Shown here: positions 18,891 through 29,154 of the stretch, piece after piece
Layout: each line of letters opens with the position of its first letter
Position numbering within the stretch: position 1 is the stretch's first letter
Origin: Thermoanaerobaculia bacterium
Lineage (GTDB): Bacteria > Acidobacteriota > Thermoanaerobaculia > Multivoradales > UBA5704
DNA: 64,000 bases
Assembly: GCA_044226625.1 (NCBI GenBank)
Contig: JBGAGQ010000032.1
Coordinates: 1 to 64,000, forward strand
Reading direction: 5' to 3'
The notes under the pieces: generated by a model
Database searches by the model: none
What the model saw: the letters and a program-made list of their open reading frames with translations, nothing else
What the model was told of the DNA's origin: nothing
Position numbers and translations under genes: made by a program

Positions 18891-19688
18891 ATGCGCTTCC
18901 GCGACCTCCGCACGGTCCGCTCGGGGATTCTCGCCGTCGCTTTCGCCGCGATCGCGCTGTCGGGCTGCTCGCCGAGACCGAGGCCGACGACCGTACCCAT
19001 ACCGAGCGTCCGCCTTGCGGGAAAATCGGAGAGTCGCTGCCTGTTCGTCCTCCTGCCCGGAATCGGCGACCGCAAGGAAGATTTCGCCCGCCACGGCTTC
19101 GAGCAGATCTTCGAGCAGGCGGGCACGTCGTGCGAGCTGATCGCCCTCGACAGCCACTTCGGTTACTACGCGGACGGCTCGATCGTCGCCCGGCTGCACG
19201 ACGACGTGATCGCCCCGGCGCGAGAGCGCGGCGTGGAGCGCATCGTCCTCGCCGGGATCTCGCTCGGCGGGCTCGGGGCCGCTCTCTACGCGCGCGACCG
19301 TCCGGGCGAGGTCGAAGCGCTCGTGCTGCTCGCGCCGTACCTCGGCGAGAAGGCGATCCTGAACGAGATCGAGCGAGCCGGTGGGCCTCGCTCGTGGCGC
19401 TCCGAAAGCGCGCTCGAGGACCGAGACCTCCGCCGGCTCTGGGTCTGGCTTCAAGGCTACGCGAGCGCTCCGGATCAGCCGGCGCTTCGACCGCCCCTTC
19501 GGCCGCAGATGTGGCTCGGATTCGGCGATTCGGATCGCCTCCGCCGGGGCCACCGCATGCTCGCTTCGCTGCTGCCCGCGGATCGCGTATTTCATGCCTC
19601 GGGCGGCCACACCTGGCGAACCTGGCGTCGCCTCTGGCGCGAAATCCTCGCCGCCCCTGGGCTCGCTCCGGCCTCCGCGATACGCTAG
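18891..19688 (+). CDS. Alpha/beta hydrolase lipoprotein
   Basis: Lipobox LSGC; LLPGIGD; nucleophile elbow GISLGG; GDSD; GGHTW. Confidence 0.82.
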   Translation: MRFRDLRTVRSGILAVAFAAIALSGCSPRPRPTTVPIPSVRLAGKSESRCLFVLLPGIGDRKEDFARHGFEQIFEQAGTSCELIALDSHFGYYADGSIVARLHDDVIAPARERGVERIVLAGISLGGLGAALYARDRPGEVEALVLLAPYLGEKAILNEIERAGGPRSWRSESALEDRDLRRLWVWLQGYASAPDQPALRPPLRPQMWLGFGDSDRLRRGHRMLASLLPADRVFHASGGHTWRTWRRLWREILAAPGLAPASAIR

Positions 19689-19732
19689 AGCTCCCCCGAG
19701 AGCTAAAGTACTTCCGACGAGGCCGAATCCGA

Positions 19733-21004
19733 ATGAGCGACGACCTGCTGCCGAACGACGTCTTCACCTCGACGCTCGCGTTCCTCTCCGACCTCGCGGC
19801 GATCTCCTCTCCCAGCGTCGACCCGGACGGGCTGGCACGGGTCGCGGGCTTTCTGGCCGAAGCGTTCGAGCGACGCGGTCTCGCGGTCGAGATCGAGCAT
19901 CGGCCGGCACCGACGGGAGGTGCGGAGGGGGCTACGCTGCCGATCCTCCACGCTCGCGGAGCCGCCGCGGCCAGCGAGGGATCTCGGCCCCTCCTTCTCC
20001 TCGGCCACATGGACACGGTTCTCACCGCGATCCCTCCGGTCCGAGAGGACGGCCGGCTGCTCGCGACCGGCGCGATCGACATGAAGGGAGGGCTGGCCAC
20101 CTTCGTCGGCGCCCTCGATCTGCTCGGCCGACGCGGAATCGCGCCACCCGCCGACCTGCACCTGGTCGTGGTGCCGGACGAGGAAGTGGGGGGCGAGCTG
20201 TCGCGCGAGGCGACCGCACGCTGGGGCGGACGCGCACGCGCGGTGTGGGTGCTCGAGCCCGGCGAGCCGCGCGGCGGAGCGGAGACGATGGTCGCGGGGC
20301 GCCGCGGCATGCGCAACTGGCGGTTGACCGTCTCCGGCACACCTGCCCACTCGGGGCTCCATTACTGGCAGGGGCGTTCGGCGCTCGCCGCCGCGGCGCG
20401 TTGGTGCGCGGCGGCCGAGGCGCTCTCCGGGCGGGGCGGAGGGCCGACGGTCAACGTCGGACGGCTGATCGCGGGCGACGCCGCGTTCGTCTCCGACCCG
20501 GCCGGCAACGCCGGCCTGCTCGGCACCGAGTCGCGTCTGAACGTCGTGCCCGACCGCGCCATCGCCGAGGGGGAGTTCCGTTTCCTCCGCGTCGCGGAAG
20601 GAGAATCGATCTCGGCCGAGCTGCGGCGGCTGGCCCACGCGATCGGCGAGGAGACCGGCACGACGCTCGAGCTGGAGATCGGCCACGCGGTGCCGCCGGT
20701 CGATCCGCACGGCCCCCAACGCCCCTGGTGCGAGCGCGCGGTCGCGCACGCTGCCGCCCGCGGATGGACTCTCGAGGTGGAGGACGACCGAGGTGGCATC
20801 TCGTTTCCGAACTTCCTGCCCGATCCCGGTCGGGTCCCGGTCCTCGATGGCCTGGGGCCGGTCGGCGGCGGGATGCACACGCGCGAAGAGTTCCTGGATC
20901 TCACCTCGCTCGCCCGCCGGATCGCCCTGCTCGCCGATCTTTTCGCAGCCGACCTCGCCGAAGCGAACCCGATCCAAGCGGAGCCTGCCGCGGCGCGCGC
21001 ATGA
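19733..21004 (+). CDS. M20-family metallopeptidase (glutamate carboxypeptidase-like)
   Basis: LLGHMDTV, GAIDMKGG, DEEVGG, LEPG and GMHTREE metal-binding motifs. Confidence 0.88.
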   Translation: MSDDLLPNDVFTSTLAFLSDLAAISSPSVDPDGLARVAGFLAEAFERRGLAVEIEHRPAPTGGAEGATLPILHARGAAAASEGSRPLLLLGHMDTVLTAIPPVREDGRLLATGAIDMKGGLATFVGALDLLGRRGIAPPADLHLVVVPDEEVGGELSREATARWGGRARAVWVLEPGEPRGGAETMVAGRRGMRNWRLTVSGTPAHSGLHYWQGRSALAAAARWCAAAEALSGRGGGPTVNVGRLIAGDAAFVSDPAGNAGLLGTESRLNVVPDRAIAEGEFRFLRVAEGESISAELRRLAHAIGEETGTTLELEIGHAVPPVDPHGPQRPWCERAVAHAAARGWTLEVEDDRGGISFPNFLPDPGRVPVLDGLGPVGGGMHTREEFLDLTSLARRIALLADLFAADLAEANPIQAEPAAARA

Positions 21005-21813
21005 GCGCCGCCGATCTCCTGTTCCGCGTCGGAAAAGGGGTGGCGAACTATCGCCACCCGTTCTCGCTCCTCGCCCAGCGAGCCCTGGGCCGCGAGATCG
21101 TCTCGGTCACCGACCGTCGCTCGGGGCTCTCGTTTCGCTGCCTGCGCGGCGCGGACCGGATGCTCGGCGAGATCTGCCATACGCGGGTCTACGACATCGA
21201 GTCGGCTCCGGTTCGCCCCGGCGACGTGGTGATCGACGTCGGCGCGAACCACGGTTTCGCCGCCTGCTGGTTCGCGCATCTCGGCGCCGAGGTCTACGCG
21301 TTCGAGCCCGCTCCCAGGATCTTCGGCCTGCTCCAGGGAAACATCGCGACCAACGGGCTCACCGACCGGGTCCGGGCGTTCCCGGTGGCGATCTCGGACC
21401 GGGAGGGGCTCGTGGAGCTGATGTTGAGCCCGGCGCTCGGCGGCGGCACCAACACCATCCATCCGGAGCTCGCGGCAACCTTGCCGATCTCCGGGCGAGC
21501 CGAGGTCATGGGACGGCCGCTCGGCGCCTTGATCCGAGAGCTCGACCTCGGCCGGATCCGCCTGCTCAAGCTCGATTGCGAAGGGAGCGAGCTCGCGATC
21601 CTCCGCTCGCTCGACCGCGACCTACTCGACCGGATCGATTCGCTCGCCATCGAGTACCACCCGGCGGTCTATCCGGTCGCCGAGCTGATCGAGGCGCTCG
21701 AGCAGATCGGCGATTTTCACCTGTCGAAAGTGACGACGCTGGACGTCGCGAACGCGAACCTCCACGCCGTCCGGCGGCGCACGTTCACGGAGTGGGCCGC
21801 CGGGGTTCGCTAG
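21001..21813 (+). CDS. FkbM-family methyltransferase
   Basis: VIDVGANHG, AFEP, LKLDCEGSE and IEYH; ATGA overlap with the M20 gene. Confidence 0.88.
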   Translation: MSAADLLFRVGKGVANYRHPFSLLAQRALGREIVSVTDRRSGLSFRCLRGADRMLGEICHTRVYDIESAPVRPGDVVIDVGANHGFAACWFAHLGAEVYAFEPAPRIFGLLQGNIATNGLTDRVRAFPVAISDREGLVELMLSPALGGGTNTIHPELAATLPISGRAEVMGRPLGALIRELDLGRIRLLKLDCEGSELAILRSLDRDLLDRIDSLAIEYHPAVYPVAELIEALEQIGDFHLSKVTTLDVANANLHAVRRRTFTEWAAGVR

Positions 21814-21889
21814 CTACGCTGCTGAAAAACTCTCCCCCTGTCGCGGAGTTCCCGAGGACGCCCCCGAGAAAACCGGTGAGAAGTTCGGG

Positions 21890-22294
21890 CTAGGCCTCTC
21901 GGGTTTTCGGCACCTCGCTCATGAGGTGCTGGAGCCTTCCCTCGGAATCCTTGAACACGGCGAGCCAGAGCACGCGGTCTCCGAGGTCGGCCACGGCATG
22001 CGCCTTCTGGACGATCTCGGCGCCGCCCGCTTCGAGCGCCGCCATCCCTCCTTCGATGTCGTCGGTCGCGAAGTAGAGCAGGGTCTCGGCCGTCGAGGTA
22101 CCGCTCGCCGCCTCGCTCGAGAGCATCAGCCGCACCCCGCCGCAATCGAAGAACGACAGCCCCGGGGGAGCCGCGAACAGGAATTGGAGGCCCATCACGT
22201 CGCGATAGAAGGCGGTCGCGGCGTCGAGGTCCTTGACCGCCCAGGCGATCTGACCGACGGCGTGGATACGAATCGGGTTCGACGGGTTCGACAT
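21890..22294 (-). CDS. VOC/glyoxalase-family protein
   Basis: GQIAWAVKDLDAATAFYRDVMGL, FFDCGGVRLML and FKDSEG. Confidence 0.88.
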   Translation of the reverse strand: MSNPSNPIRIHAVGQIAWAVKDLDAATAFYRDVMGLQFLFAAPPGLSFFDCGGVRLMLSSEAASGTSTAETLLYFATDDIEGGMAALEAGGAEIVQKAHAVADLGDRVLWLAVFKDSEGRLQHLMSEVPKTREA

Positions 22295-22423
22295 GGGCTC
22301 GCTCCTCGGTTGGCCAAAACGGGCGAAATGAGAACGTGAGCCTACCCCGCCGGAGCCGGTTCGAGGCCTCGCGGGCCGGTGAGGAAGCGGTGAGGAATCG
22401 ATGTTGGGGCCGGGCGGGGCAGG

Positions 22424-23839
22424 TCAGAGCAGGAGGGCGAACAGGCGGGCGCCCGCCTCGGCACAGCGCCTGGGGAAGGTCAGCTTCGCCCGGAGATCGC
22501 GGGTGATCGGCCGGGATTTTTCGAGGTCCTCCTCGAACGACCGGGCGAGCTCGGCGGTCTTCTCGCCGCCGTGGATCGCCACCACCACCTCGAAGTTCAG
22601 CCGGAAGCTCCGGTTGTCGAGGTTCGCCGTGCCGATGATCGCGAGCTCGTCGTCGACGATCAGGGTCTTTGCGTGGTGCATGCCGGGAAGGTACTCGTAG
22701 AGCCGCACGCCGCTCTCGATCAGCTCGTCGAAGAACGATCGCATCGCGGCGGTCACGAGACCGCTGTCGCCATGGCAGGGGACGAGGATCCGCACGTCGG
22801 CGCCTCGGTGGCTCGCCGACTTGAGAGCAGTGAGCAGCGCCTCGTCGGGCACCAGATAGGGCGTGACGATCCAGACCCTCTCGTCGGCCGCCGAGACCGC
22901 CGAGACGATCAGCTCGTGGATCGGATAGATCAGGCGATCCGGCCCCGAGGTCACCACCTGCACGAACGACTTCGGCCCGTCGCCGACCTCCAGCCGGGGG
23001 AAATAGGCCGCGCCGCTCGGGCAGTGGCCGGCCGCGAACTGCCAATTGTCGAGAAACGCCGCCTGGAGCCCTCCCACCGCCGGACCGGCGAGCCGCAGAT
23101 GGGTGTCGCGCCACGGAGCCTCGCCCGAAGAACCGGAGGTGTGGGTGACGGAAACGTTCATGCCGCCCGAGAAGCCCACCGCGCCGTCGACCACGATGAT
23201 CTTCCGGTGGGTGCGGAAGTTGAGAAAGCGGAAGCTCGGCAGATAGAACCGCACGGGGTTGAAGAACGCCACCTCGCCGCCCGCCGCGACGAGCGAGGCG
23301 AAGAAATCGGCGCCCGCCTTCGGCGAGCCGAGGCGGTCGACGAGCAGGCGGACCTCGACGCCGGCGCGGGCGCGCTCGACCAGACGATCGCGCAGCCTGC
23401 ACCCGAGCTCGTCCGGCGCCCAGATGTAGTACTCGAGGTGGACGTGGTGGCGCGCCGCGGCGATGGACTCCTCGATCGCTTGGAACAGCTCGGGCCCGTT
23501 CTGGTAGATCGACAGCTCGGTCGCGACGTGGAGCCGCGCGCCGCTCGCTCCCGAGGCCAAGCGCACCTGGCGGACGATGTCGGGCGAATCGATGGGAAAC
23601 TCGCGGAGGGCGGCCTCGTCGCCGCGCGCGGAGCGCGCTGCGGCGTAGCGGCGGCGCTTCCGCTCGAGCCGGCGCGGACCGAGCAGCAGGTAGACCAGGA
23701 ATCCGAGGAGCGGCAGGAACGCCAAACCGAAGATCCATGCCAAGGTCGAGGCCGGGCTGCGCTTCTCGAGCACGATCCAGAGTCCGATGCCGAGTACCCA
23801 AAACGCTTCGAGACCGAGCCAGATCCATTGATGTCCCAT
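22424..23839 (-). CDS. cls: Cardiolipin synthase
   Basis: Two N-terminal transmembrane helices and two HKD motifs (HRKIIVVD, HAKTLIVD); GTANLDNRSFRLNFE. Confidence 0.92.
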   Translation of the reverse strand: MGHQWIWLGLEAFWVLGIGLWIVLEKRSPASTLAWIFGLAFLPLLGFLVYLLLGPRRLERKRRRYAAARSARGDEAALREFPIDSPDIVRQVRLASGASGARLHVATELSIYQNGPELFQAIEESIAAARHHVHLEYYIWAPDELGCRLRDRLVERARAGVEVRLLVDRLGSPKAGADFFASLVAAGGEVAFFNPVRFYLPSFRFLNFRTHRKIIVVDGAVGFSGGMNVSVTHTSGSSGEAPWRDTHLRLAGPAVGGLQAAFLDNWQFAAGHCPSGAAYFPRLEVGDGPKSFVQVVTSGPDRLIYPIHELIVSAVSAADERVWIVTPYLVPDEALLTALKSASHRGADVRILVPCHGDSGLVTAAMRSFFDELIESGVRLYEYLPGMHHAKTLIVDDELAIIGTANLDNRSFRLNFEVVVAIHGGEKTAELARSFEEDLEKSRPITRDLRAKLTFPRRCAEAGARLFALLL

Positions 23840-23907
23840 GGCCTCGATGATCGCACGGTCGCTTCCCGGATCCGGCCTCTTCTGCCAGGATTCTCCCGCC
23901 GCGTGCC

Positions 23908-25056
23908 ATGACCGATCCCGCTCTTCCGTTCCCTCCCGGCCACCGCCGTGACGTCACCCTGATCTCGGCCGGCCTCGGGCTCGACGGTGGAGGGCGCGCC
24001 CTCGCCGGCAGGCTGGTGGCCCGCGCGGCGGTCGAGTGGGCCGTCGCGCGCGGGGTGCGCGCGGACCTCCGGACCCTCGGCGCTCCGGGCGACGTGCCCG
24101 AATTCGCGCTCCCGCTGGGTGCCTCCGCGCGCGTCCGCCGGTACGGCACGAGCTTCGGACGGCTCGCGGCCGCGACGCTCGCCGCGGAGCTCTCCCCACG
24201 GCGCCCGGCTCTCGTCTTCGATCTCTTGGGTCTCGCGCGCTCCCAAGCGTTCCTGCCCCGCGCGCTCCGCGCCCCCTACCTCGTCATGCTCTACGGCATC
24301 GAAGTCTGGCGCCCGCTCGAGCCGAGCCGGCGGCGGGCGCTCGCGAACGCGGCGATTCGGCTCTCGATCTCCCGCTACACGCTCGCCCGCGCGCGGGAGC
24401 TTCATCCCGGTCTCTCGGCGGAGATTCTGCCGCTCGCGCTCGAAGAGCGCACGGCCGAAGGTCGGGTCGATCTTTCAGTGGTCGAGCGCGCGGGCGAGGG
24501 CTTCGCCCTGATCGTCGGCCGGATGGCGTCGAGCGAGCGCTACAAAGGGCACGACGAGCTGCTCGAGGCGTTTCCCGAGGTGGCGCGACGACTCCCCGCC
24601 GCTCGCCTGGTGGTCGCGGGCGGAGGAGACGACCGGCCGCGACTCGAGGCGAAAGCCGCCGCCCTAGGGGTGGCGGATCGCGTGTTCTTCACCGGTTTCG
24701 TCTCCGAGGCGACGCTCGCCGTGCTCTACGATCGGGCCGCCCTGCTCGCCATGCCGAGCCGCGGGGAAGGGTTCGGCTTGGTCTACCTCGAAGCGATGCG
24801 CGTCGGCCGACCGTGCCTCGCGGCGCGCGGCACCGCGGCCGACGAGGTCGTCGTCGACGGCGAGACCGGCCTGCTGGTCGATCCGACCGACCGCGCCGAG
24901 ATCTCCTCTGCCCTCGCCCGGCTGCTGGGCGAGCCCGAGACCGGGCGGCGGATGGGCGCAGCCGGTAAGATGCGGTGGGAACGCGATTTCCGATATCCAC
25001 TGTTCCGCGACCGCATGGCCGCCCACCTCGATCGGCTCGCCGCAACCGGCGCTTGA
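23908..25056 (+). CDS. GT4 glycosyltransferase
   Basis: VGRM...YKGHD and EGFGLVYLEA (EX7E). Confidence 0.88.
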   Translation: MTDPALPFPPGHRRDVTLISAGLGLDGGGRALAGRLVARAAVEWAVARGVRADLRTLGAPGDVPEFALPLGASARVRRYGTSFGRLAAATLAAELSPRRPALVFDLLGLARSQAFLPRALRAPYLVMLYGIEVWRPLEPSRRRALANAAIRLSISRYTLARARELHPGLSAEILPLALEERTAEGRVDLSVVERAGEGFALIVGRMASSERYKGHDELLEAFPEVARRLPAARLVVAGGGDDRPRLEAKAAALGVADRVFFTGFVSEATLAVLYDRAALLAMPSRGEGFGLVYLEAMRVGRPCLAARGTAADEVVVDGETGLLVDPTDRAEISSALARLLGEPETGRRMGAAGKMRWERDFRYPLFRDRMAAHLDRLAATGA

Positions 25057-25090
25057 TCCACAGGATGGGCCGAGGAGCACCGAAGAGACG

Positions 25091-25945
25091 ATGCCGCCAA
25101 CGGCAGGAATCCAGGACGCCGAGGTAAAGATCGAGGTCGAGATCGGAACCGTTCCGACCCCGGACGGCCTCGAGTACGGCGAGTATCTGCAATACGAGGA
25201 CGGCTCGGCGGATCGAGCGGCCGCGCAGGTCGCGGGCCCTCACGACGAGCCGTGGCTGAACGTGAACGCCGCCTACGAGCCGGGGAGCCGGCCGCAGGTC
25301 GAACAGCTGCTCGCCCATCCGAGCCTCGCTCCTCTCGTCCGGGGTCGAGTGCTCGACCTCGGCGCCGGGACCTGCTGGGCGACCGCCCGGCTCTCTCGCG
25401 TGCCGGCGGTCGAGGAGGTTACCGCGGTCGATCTCGCCCCCTCGTTCCTCGCCGGCACCGGCAACCGGATGCTCGGGGTCTGCGAGGCCGAGACCGCCAA
25501 GGTGCGCCTGCTCGCGAGCACGTTCGAGCGGATCCCCCGTCCCGACGGGAGCTTCGATGCGGTGTTCCTGATCGCGGCGATCCACCACGCGCTGGCACCG
25601 ATCCGCGTGCTGCGCGAGGCGTTCCGCCTGCTCAAACCGGAGGGCACTCTGTTCGTCCTCGAGTCGCCCGCGCTCCCCTGGGCGATCCGGACGCGCCGGC
25701 GCCAAGCGATCTCGATCTCGCGCGCGACCCGGACGACCGAAATCGCCTACACCCGCGGCGAGCTCGAGTACCTCCTCGGCTGCGGCGGCTTCGAGGTGCT
25801 CGCGGCGGTCCCGAGCGAGGGTCTGTCGAGCCGCCGGCCGCAGCGCCTCGCGCGGCGCGCGCTCCGCGCGCTGGGCCTCGAGCGACACCTGATGGAAGTG
25901 GCCTACATCTTCGCGGCGCGGCCCGATCCCGGGCACGCCCGCTGA
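25091..25945 (+). CDS. Class I SAM-dependent methyltransferase
   Basis: VLDLGAGT, SFDAVF...IHH and LKPEG. Confidence 0.85.
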   Translation: MPPTAGIQDAEVKIEVEIGTVPTPDGLEYGEYLQYEDGSADRAAAQVAGPHDEPWLNVNAAYEPGSRPQVEQLLAHPSLAPLVRGRVLDLGAGTCWATARLSRVPAVEEVTAVDLAPSFLAGTGNRMLGVCEAETAKVRLLASTFERIPRPDGSFDAVFLIAAIHHALAPIRVLREAFRLLKPEGTLFVLESPALPWAIRTRRRQAISISRATRTTEIAYTRGELEYLLGCGGFEVLAAVPSEGLSSRRPQRLARRALRALGLERHLMEVAYIFAARPDPGHAR

Positions 25946-25977
25946 CGGCCGCGGGCCGGCCCACGAGAATCGACGCG

Positions 25978-27777
25978 ATGTGCGGCCTTTACGGTCAATT
26001 CCGATTCAGCGCGGACGCTCCGGAGATCGATCCCGCCGAGCTCGAGCGGACCTCGGCCGCGCTCGCGCGGCGCGGTCCGGACGGCGAGGGGCTCTGGCGC
26101 TCGCCCGACGGCCGCGTCGCCCTCGGGCACCGCCGTCTCGCGATCCTCGACCTCTCCCCCGCGGGCGCGCAGCCGATGCCCTCCGAGGACGGACGTTGCC
26201 GGTTGATCCTGAACGGAGAGATCTACAACTTCCGCCAGCTGCGGGCCGAGCTGGAGTGCTCCGGCGAGCGCTTTCGGTCGGAGAGCGACACCGAGGTGAT
26301 CCTGGCGCTCTGGCGGCGGCATCGGGAGCGGATGCTGCCGAGGCTCCGCGGCATGTTCGCGCTCGCGCTATGGGATGAGGGCACCCAAGAGCTCCTCCTC
26401 GCGCGCGATCCGCTGGGGATCAAACCGCTCTACGTATCGATCGACCGCGGACTGGTCCGCTTCGCGTCGCAGGTCAAGGCGCTCGAAGCGGGGGGCCGCA
26501 TCTCGTCGGGGATCGAGCCGGCGGCGGTCGCGGGCTTCCTCGCCTGGGGCTCGGTACCCGAGCCGTTCACGATCCGGCGAGGCGTCGAAGCCCTGCCCGC
26601 CGGGAGTTACCGCATCGTGCGATCGGACGACCCCGGCCGCCCGATCGCGTACGGTTCCCCCACACCGCACGCCGCGGGTTCCGATCCGGCCACCGGTTCC
26701 GCCGCGGAGCCGATCTTCGACTCCGTCGCCGCCCATCTCGTCTCCGACGTGCCGGTCGCCGTGTTTCTCTCGGCCGGTCTCGACTCCTCCCTGCTCGCGG
26801 CGCTCGCCGCGCGCGCCGCTCGGGCGAACGGCGCGCCGCCGCCCCGCGCGTTCACCGTCACCTTCGATCGGCTGGCGGGCACCGCGCTCGACGAATCTCC
26901 ACTCGCTGCCGAGACCGCCCGGACTCTCGGGTTGCCCCATACTGTGTCCAAGGTCGGACGCGAGGATTTCCTGGATCTCTGGGACGGCGCTCTGGCCGCG
27001 ATGGACCAGCCCTCGATCGACGGCTTCAACACCTACGTGGTCTCGCGCGTCGCTCGGGAGGCCGGGATCAAAGTCGCCCTCTCCGGCCTCGGCGGCGACG
27101 AGCTGTTCGGGAGTTACCCTAGCTTTCGGGAGGTGCCCCGCCTCGCCCTCGCGGCCCCATTGGCCCGCCGGATGCCGCGCGCCTGGATGGCGGCGATCGC
27201 CCGCCGCCGCGGCCAGCCGAAGCTCCGAGCCCTGGGCCGCAGCGGCTCCGGGCTCGCCGGAGCATACGTGCTCCGCCGCGGACTGTTCCTGCCCGACGAA
27301 ATCCCGGCGCTTCTCGGAGCCGACCGAGCGGCCGAGGCGCTGTCGGCCTACGACGCGCACCGCGACGCCCAGGGCGCTCTGTTCGACTGGGACCCCGCCC
27401 GCTCGACCAGCTGGAGCGCGGTGCACCGGCTCGAAACCCGCCTCTACATGCGCAACCAGCTCCTGCGCGACTCGGACTGGGCGTCGATGGCGCATTCGCT
27501 CGAGCTCCGGGTCCCGCTGGTCGATCCGATCCTCGAAGCGGCGATGGCTTCGCGCGGCTTCGAGCCAGCCAAGAGCCGCGGCAAGGCCGCCCTGGTGCGG
27601 AGCGTCGCCCCGGAGCTGCCGGCCGCCCTGTTCGACCGCGCGAAATCAGGGTTCTACATGCCGGTGATGGAATGGCTGGAGCCCGAGCGAGCGGGCCGTT
27701 CGCACGGCGACCAATCGCGACGGCTGGCGCTCCGCGTGCTCGCGGCCTTCGGGGTCGAGACGTCGGAACCGCTCTGA
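25978..27777 (+). CDS. asnB: Asparagine synthase (glutamine-hydrolysing)-like amidotransferase, probably glycan amidation
   Basis: MCG Ntn start, RGPD, HRRLAILD, NGEIYN, LSAGLDSS, SGLGGDE and ELRVP. Confidence 0.9.
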   Translation: MCGLYGQFRFSADAPEIDPAELERTSAALARRGPDGEGLWRSPDGRVALGHRRLAILDLSPAGAQPMPSEDGRCRLILNGEIYNFRQLRAELECSGERFRSESDTEVILALWRRHRERMLPRLRGMFALALWDEGTQELLLARDPLGIKPLYVSIDRGLVRFASQVKALEAGGRISSGIEPAAVAGFLAWGSVPEPFTIRRGVEALPAGSYRIVRSDDPGRPIAYGSPTPHAAGSDPATGSAAEPIFDSVAAHLVSDVPVAVFLSAGLDSSLLAALAARAARANGAPPPRAFTVTFDRLAGTALDESPLAAETARTLGLPHTVSKVGREDFLDLWDGALAAMDQPSIDGFNTYVVSRVAREAGIKVALSGLGGDELFGSYPSFREVPRLALAAPLARRMPRAWMAAIARRRGQPKLRALGRSGSGLAGAYVLRRGLFLPDEIPALLGADRAAEALSAYDAHRDAQGALFDWDPARSTSWSAVHRLETRLYMRNQLLRDSDWASMAHSLELRVPLVDPILEAAMASRGFEPAKSRGKAALVRSVAPELPAALFDRAKSGFYMPVMEWLEPERAGRSHGDQSRRLALRVLAAFGVETSEPL

Positions 27778-27780
27778 GCG

Positions 27781-29154
27781 ATGGATCTCGAGCCCGCGTC
27801 CTCGGCCGTTTCGGTCGATCCACCTGCGCCAACCGGTTCGATCGACCCGACGTCGCCGGAGCCGTCCCAACCGACGCCACGAAAGCCGCGGATTCCCGAG
27901 TGGTTCGGCCGGTGGGTGGGGATCCTCACCGCGTATTTCTCCACCCAAACGGTGACTCAGCTCACCGGCATCGCCGCCGGCCTGCTGCTCATCCGGTTCC
28001 TGCCGGTCCACGAGTTCGCCTTCTATACCCTCGCGAGCTCGGCGATCAGTTTCTTCGTGTTCCTCTCCGACCTCGGGAGCGGCGCGGCGCTGGTCTATTT
28101 CTTCCGCGAGACGCGCGGCGAGGAGGGGTTCCCGCCCTACGTGGCGGCCGTCCTATCGCTGCGCAACGTGGTCTTCGTCGGGGGCGGGCTCGCCGTCGTC
28201 CTCCTGCTGCCCTGGCTCGCGCTCGAACGCGGCTTCGCGCTGAACGAGACGCTGCTCGGGCTCGGATTCGTCCTGTCTTCGGTCTGGTTCCAGATCCGCG
28301 CCTCGTTGCGCCTGCTCCTGCTCCGCCTCGACGGCCGATACGGGACGGCCTATCGCGCGGAGCTTCTCGGCGCGATCCTTCGGCTCGCTCTCGCGCTGCT
28401 CCTGGTGGCGACCGCCGCGCTTTTCGGCTGGCTCGCGGTGGGGACGGCGACGGCGGCCACGGCGACCACCGCGATCCTCGCCCGACGAGCCCGGGTACCG
28501 GGAGGGATCGGACACGACGATCTCTCCCGCGCGCGCCGCGCTGTCGTCCGATATCTCTTGCCCACCCTCCCCGCGGCCCTCTATTTCGCCGTCCAGGGTC
28601 CCTTGCTGGTATGGCTTTCGGCGACGTTCGGCAAGACCGAGAACATCGCTCAGGTCGGCGCGCTCGGCCGGCTCGCCCTGGTGGTCGGGCTGTTCTCGAA
28701 CCTGACGGGGATCGTCTTCCTTCCCCGTCTGGCGCGCATCGTCGACGAGCGCCTCTACTTGCGACGCTTCCTTCAATTCGGAGCCGCGCTGGCCGCGGTC
28801 GCCCTCGCGATCTTCGGCTTCGCCGCCCTGTTTCCCGAAGGATTTCTCGCCATCCTCGGCCCGCACTACCGGGGCCTTCATCGCGAGCTGCTCCTGATGG
28901 TCGCCGGCTCGGGCTTCACCCTCCTCGACGGCTACCTGGTGAACATAAACCTCGCCCGATCCTGGACCCGGCTCCAGGCGCTCGCCCTGGCGATCCAGAT
29001 CGGGTTCCAGGCCGTCTTCATGGTGTTCCTGCCGCTCCGGACGACCGCGAACGTTATGCTATGGAGCCTCGGAAGCGCCTTCATCGCGTTCCTGCTCCAG
29101 GCGACGACCTCGGCGGTCGGATTCTGGCGTCCCCGGTGGCTCCATTGGAAATGA
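27781..29154 (+). CDS. Wzx-like polysaccharide flippase
   Basis: About 12 transmembrane segments, LSDLG motif in the second helix, position inside the glycosyltransferase cluster. Confidence 0.7.
   Translation: MDLEPASSAVSVDPPAPTGSIDPTSPEPSQPTPRKPRIPEWFGRWVGILTAYFSTQTVTQLTGIAAGLLLIRFLPVHEFAFYTLASSAISFFVFLSDLGSGAALVYFFRETRGEEGFPPYVAAVLSLRNVVFVGGGLAVVLLLPWLALERGFALNETLLGLGFVLSSVWFQIRASLRLLLLRLDGRYGTAYRAELLGAILRLALALLLVATAALFGWLAVGTATAATATTAILARRARVPGGIGHDDLSRARRAVVRYLLPTLPAALYFAVQGPLLVWLSATFGKTENIAQVGALGRLALVVGLFSNLTGIVFLPRLARIVDERLYLRRFLQFGAALAAVALAIFGFAALFPEGFLAILGPHYRGLHRELLLMVAGSGFTLLDGYLVNINLARSWTRLQALALAIQIGFQAVFMVFLPLRTTANVMLWSLGSAFIAFLLQATTSAVGFWRPRWLHWK

Noticed and set aside
18812-27777. 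Apparent N-terminal extensions or fusions in the 730-, 810- and 841-aa ORFs
   Set aside because: The extensions overlap upstream real genes in another frame; true starts are 19733, 21001 and 25978.
25978-27777. asnB as a second lasso cyclase
   Set aside because: It keeps the N-terminal Cys glutaminase domain and sits among glycosyltransferases, which fits a glycan amidotransferase.
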